The position numbers were made by a program, and so were the translations under genes. 27,693 bases of DNA from Thermoplasmatota archaeon (GTDB lineage: Archaea; Thermoplasmatota; Poseidoniia; Poseidoniales; Poseidoniaceae), in assembly GCA_036158745.1 (NCBI GenBank), contig JAYYFM010000001.1, positions 1-27,693 on the forward strand, read 5' to 3'. The notes below the pieces were generated by a model. It did no database searches. It had not been told where the DNA came from and was given only the letters and a program-made list of their open reading frames with translations. How positions within the stretch are numbered: position 1 is the stretch's first letter; every line of letters begins with the position of its first letter. Shown in pieces: positions 26,201 to 27,693 of the stretch.

Positions 26201-26797
26201 GAGTGAAGTCCACCGTTCACCATAGCGGAGCGGGAAATCGTACGCCTCCGTGGCAGGGCTGTATTCGTTCGTAATCGTGATATCACCGAGGATTTGTGTG
26301 AGCGAACCGATGCCGTATGGAATGAACTTGATGTACAAATCGAGGTCGTTCTTGACGGTCGCAAAGTCGCTCACTCGAAGGTATTCGGTCTGTGTGAATT
26401 GGATTTCCGCATTCCCAGTGAACCCTTCAAGTTCGACACCACTTTTGTCGAAATCTGCGGACATCCGCAGCTTGTAGACCCATTCGGTTCCATTGTCGAA
26501 TTGAAGTTCGAGAATGTCCGTGACTTCTGCTGTTGCATCGCCTCGAATCTCACCCACGTTTGCTGAAACGCCCGTGTCTGTGATGAGAATGGATGGGTCA
26601 AACGTCCCTGAGTAAATCCACTTATCACCGACTCTCCATGAGGGCAGGTCGGTTACTCCAGGATCGGAACCACTTCGCTTAACGACTTCCTCGTTAGAGA
26701 ACAGAAGGTTATGTTCAACCAATGGGATTTGACTGAACCCAATCATGCAGGTAAGAACGAGCAGGGCCAAGACACGTGACTTGAGCACTCCGCCCAT
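23297..26797 (-). CDS. Cell-surface PKD/CARDB-domain protein, paralog 1 (~1166 aa), C-terminal TM anchor
   Basis: Collinear with 19688..23272: PSWRVGDKWIY, WYCPAV, CARDB, PKD repeats, TM, tail GPPLPEGGLPDGWTMEQWEHYGQQWL. The likely start is ATG 26797 (MGGVLK); the track start is 26821. Confidence 0.8.
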   Translation of the reverse strand: MGGVLKSRVLALLVLTCMIGFSQIPLVEHNLLFSNEEVVKRSGSDPGVTDLPSWRVGDKWIYSGTFDPSILITDTGVSANVGEIRGDATAEVTDILELQFDNGTEWVYKLRMSADFDKSGVELEGFTGNAEIQFTQTEYLRVSDFATVKNDLDLYIKFIPYGIGSLTQILGDITITNEYSPATEAYDFPLRYGERWTSLTTASSQWSGQSDYITPFPPPETDTNTTTWEVTDVGQPRNGIGAGIAYSGCDASYELTSWNSNGVSTGYRWYCPAVNNYAWRHAEEDVGLTIDFRLKQYMPIGATGVESNSDPGTRPTCVEVEPERSLTALDSPLEVWVHLSPSCYGTIDGVGVEVAYDGASTTVYTASNGSASTTIDSGSSIDYSATNTDWSSHGIMAKSGSYVGAATITLDEYLVGLDLIADEERAVIIRNRSGVVSTVSSLSGYNVLPGDDLTIEVAVVNKGITTSTATDLRIYHPDGSIFDLGLPPLSTYESHKVNFTWTVPADAAIGTLPIRWESDPLQVNTADADADNDLGEIELFIGRLPTAVLEPIEVYTNVETVINASGSFDEDGGNVSCLFNVPWYDGTRSAAWTRVESMDCMLNWTWTNDGEYPIEVTITDEEQDEVEGILDVVILNRAPNIEVISARTEVKVEHPVTLYAYANDTDSEDPFPGIVDVYWPNAICEEGYYTRVCTTTAPTEGWHTFQAVGVDDDSAMTMVSIDIRFTNINPHGLSVTMTNESGPLPLDVQQTWHVQEDQMVNLRGQALDSIDDLDGLTHRWWPDDAQPNLIKTFDGRVSEFEMMWETSGLHRMRLEVSDSEGASSGTYERWVSVANVPPVVQPLEQVLPLAEGEEVRLVGNATDTPSDYDTLVRCWDVDPGLDSNDIGGADDDCDVFGDELVWHWNTSGTHTVIYHVTDDDGVRVSEILTIEVLNIPPIVRTKDIVCNALEACLLDATGTIDSINDLDQITIVWDLDTSVDSNGDGVKDNDADKIGKQIEHIFTREGSYTIRVIAWDENPERPGTRVINVEIGAPERTIVEELGAAFIGDEANPVAQLSLLAFMLLVLGMMTRRRRSGRQQRAMDRLDQQQNAIFSDEEVGLMPHEISARRNRPQDPPVERAFDSVNVAPTSTTGPPLPEGGLPDGWTMEQWEHYGQQWLDSQADNS

Positions 26798-26823
26798 GCA
26801 TGTGCTTGCATGTTCTTGCACAT
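26797..26823. repeat. Three phased decamers with TGCA cores at 10-bp spacing
   Basis: TGCATGTGCT-TGCATGTTCT-TGCACAT; TGCA at 26797, 26807 and 26817, between tbp and the paralog 1 start. Confidence 0.4.
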
Positions 26824-26842
26824 CAAAGGTGCGACGATGGCC

Positions 26843-27457
26843 TCAGAGGAGATCAGCAAGTTCGTCCTTGATGATTTCAACTGCTTCCAAGATTTCGTCC
26901 TTGTGTCGCGCACCGGTAATGACCATCTTACCGCTGCCGAAAATCAGACAGACAACCTTTGGATAATCCAGTCGATAGATAAGACCAGGGAATTGTTCTG
27001 GCTCGTACTCAACCTTGTCGAAGGGCAAGTGGAAGGTGAGGTTGTTGAGGTTCAACTTTCGTGGCTCACCTGCAAGTGGAGCACCAGTGAACTTGTCGTT
27101 TCCATCGTAGTCTTCAGGATAGTGGAGAGCGTAGGTTGCAACCATGTTTTGAACTTCGATTTCTACATCCTTGAGGTCCCAAGTTGTGATACCTGCAGCT
27201 CGTAGGTCTTTGATCATTCGATCGATACCTGTGTGAATGTTGTCTTCGTCCTTTCCACCTGTACAAACGGCTCGTCCTGAGCGGAACATGAGAATGGCAA
27301 GTTTCGGGTCCGTCACACGGTAGACGACACCAGGGAATTGTTCTGGCTCGTACTCACAATTGAGTTGAATTGCGATATCAGGCAGGTCAAGTTCTTCGGC
27401 TACGCGGGTACTTGCTACGACGTTAACAACAGTCAAGCGCTCTTCATCAGTGGTCAT
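26843..27457 (-). CDS. tbp: TATA-box-binding protein
   Basis: Two repeats: NVVAS...EYEPEQFPGVVYR...LMFRSGRAVCTGGK and QNMVAT...EYEPEQFPGLIYR...LIFGSGKMVITGA. I moved the start to ATG 27457. Confidence 0.97.
   Translation of the reverse strand: MTTDEERLTVVNVVASTRVAEELDLPDIAIQLNCEYEPEQFPGVVYRVTDPKLAILMFRSGRAVCTGGKDEDNIHTGIDRMIKDLRAAGITTWDLKDVEIEVQNMVATYALHYPEDYDGNDKFTGAPLAGEPRKLNLNNLTFHLPFDKVEYEPEQFPGLIYRLDYPKVVCLIFGSGKMVITGARHKDEILEAVEIIKDELADLL
26984..27356. repeat. 28-bp exact direct repeat inside tbp (26984-27011 and 27329-27356)
   Basis: ACCAGGGAATTGTTCTGGCTCGTACTCA occurs twice and encodes EYEPEQFPG in each TBP repeat. Confidence 0.9.
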
Positions 27458-27480
27458 GATTTGGTGGCTTCCTCCCCGCA

Positions 27481-27488
27481 TATATAAA
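27481..27488 (-). promoter_or_regulatory. Archaeal TATA box of tbp (probably leaderless or short-leader transcript)
   Basis: Minus strand TTTATATA ends 23 nt upstream of ATG 27457, the usual TATA-to-start spacing. No clear purine-rich BRE. Confidence 0.65.
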
Positions 27489-27532
27489 GGAAGAGCCCAC
27501 ACTTTGATGGCGAAACCTATGAGTATCGGTTT

Positions 27533-27691
27533 CTAGATTAAATGCTCAATTGCAAGACCAGGCTCATTGAAGTGTGTAATAAACGCTCGACCACCTTCCA
27601 TTTCAATGGCTCCAACAGTTTCCTCAGGATTCATTGTTAGTGCGATCATACAACCTCCTCCCCCTGCTCCGGTCAATTTGACGCCAAGGCT
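27533..27691 (-). CDS. mvk: Mevalonate kinase (GHMP kinase), C-terminal part (5' truncated; absent from ORF track)
   Basis: My translation: SLGVKLTGAGGGGCMIALTMNPEETVGAIEMEGGRAFITHFNEPGLAIEHLI*. KLTGAGGGGC is GHMP motif 3 in its mevalonate-kinase form. Only the C-terminus is visible. Confidence 0.75.
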   Translation of the reverse strand, partial: SLGVKLTGAGGGGCMIALTMNPEETVGAIEMEGGRAFITHFNEPGLAIEHLI

Positions 27692-27693
27692 TG

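Noticed and set aside
19774-26566. Numerous plus-strand Ser/Thr/Val-rich ORFs opposite the PKD genes
   Set aside because: Antisense mirror of Asp/Thr/Val-rich coding sequence; no independent support.
19688-26821. Possibility that the paralog pair is a phase-variable cassette or recombination system
   Set aside because: The paralogs are diverged at DNA level; I saw no long identical repeats, invertible ends, recombinase or reverse transcriptase.
1-27693. tRNA, rRNA, CRISPR array, transposase, integrase, prophage or defence genes
   Set aside because: No intergenic gap exceeds ~100 bp once the ccmD-like ORF is counted, and no such repeats or protein motifs were seen by eye. tRNAscan-SE and Infernal were not run.

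Overview
Gene-dense (~50% GC) archaeal chromosomal window. TBP, NMD3, a KaiC/RAD55-like ATPase, GAGGTGA-type ribosome-binding sites, marine-type Ni-SOD and giant S8/PKD surface proteins together suggest Marine Group II Euryarchaeota (Ca. Poseidoniales); the taxonomy is my inference. Gene order: partial sodN, sodX, GT2 glycosyltransferase, GT-C-like membrane protein, M23 peptidase, PGI/PMI, NMD3, a ccmD-like 52-aa ORF missed by the ORF track, ccmC, a ccmA-ccmB-like fusion, rhomboid protease, ~1630-aa anchored S8 protease, glmS, KaiC-like ATPase, Maf, 12-TM protein, sepF, two tandem paralogous PKD/CARDB surface proteins, tbp and partial mevalonate kinase. I found no rRNA, tRNA, CRISPR array or mobile element. 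Best leads: (1) a compact archaeal heme-export unit (CcmAB fusion, CcmC, CcmD) coupled to nmd3; (2) a conserved cytoplasmic tail motif GPPLPxxGLPxGWTMEQWxxYGxQ[WY]L on the anchored surface proteins, which are encoded directly upstream of sepF; (3) a rhomboid plus anchored S8 protease pair; (4) a TBP with a ~20-aa insertion. All product calls come from motif recognition; no database searches were run.
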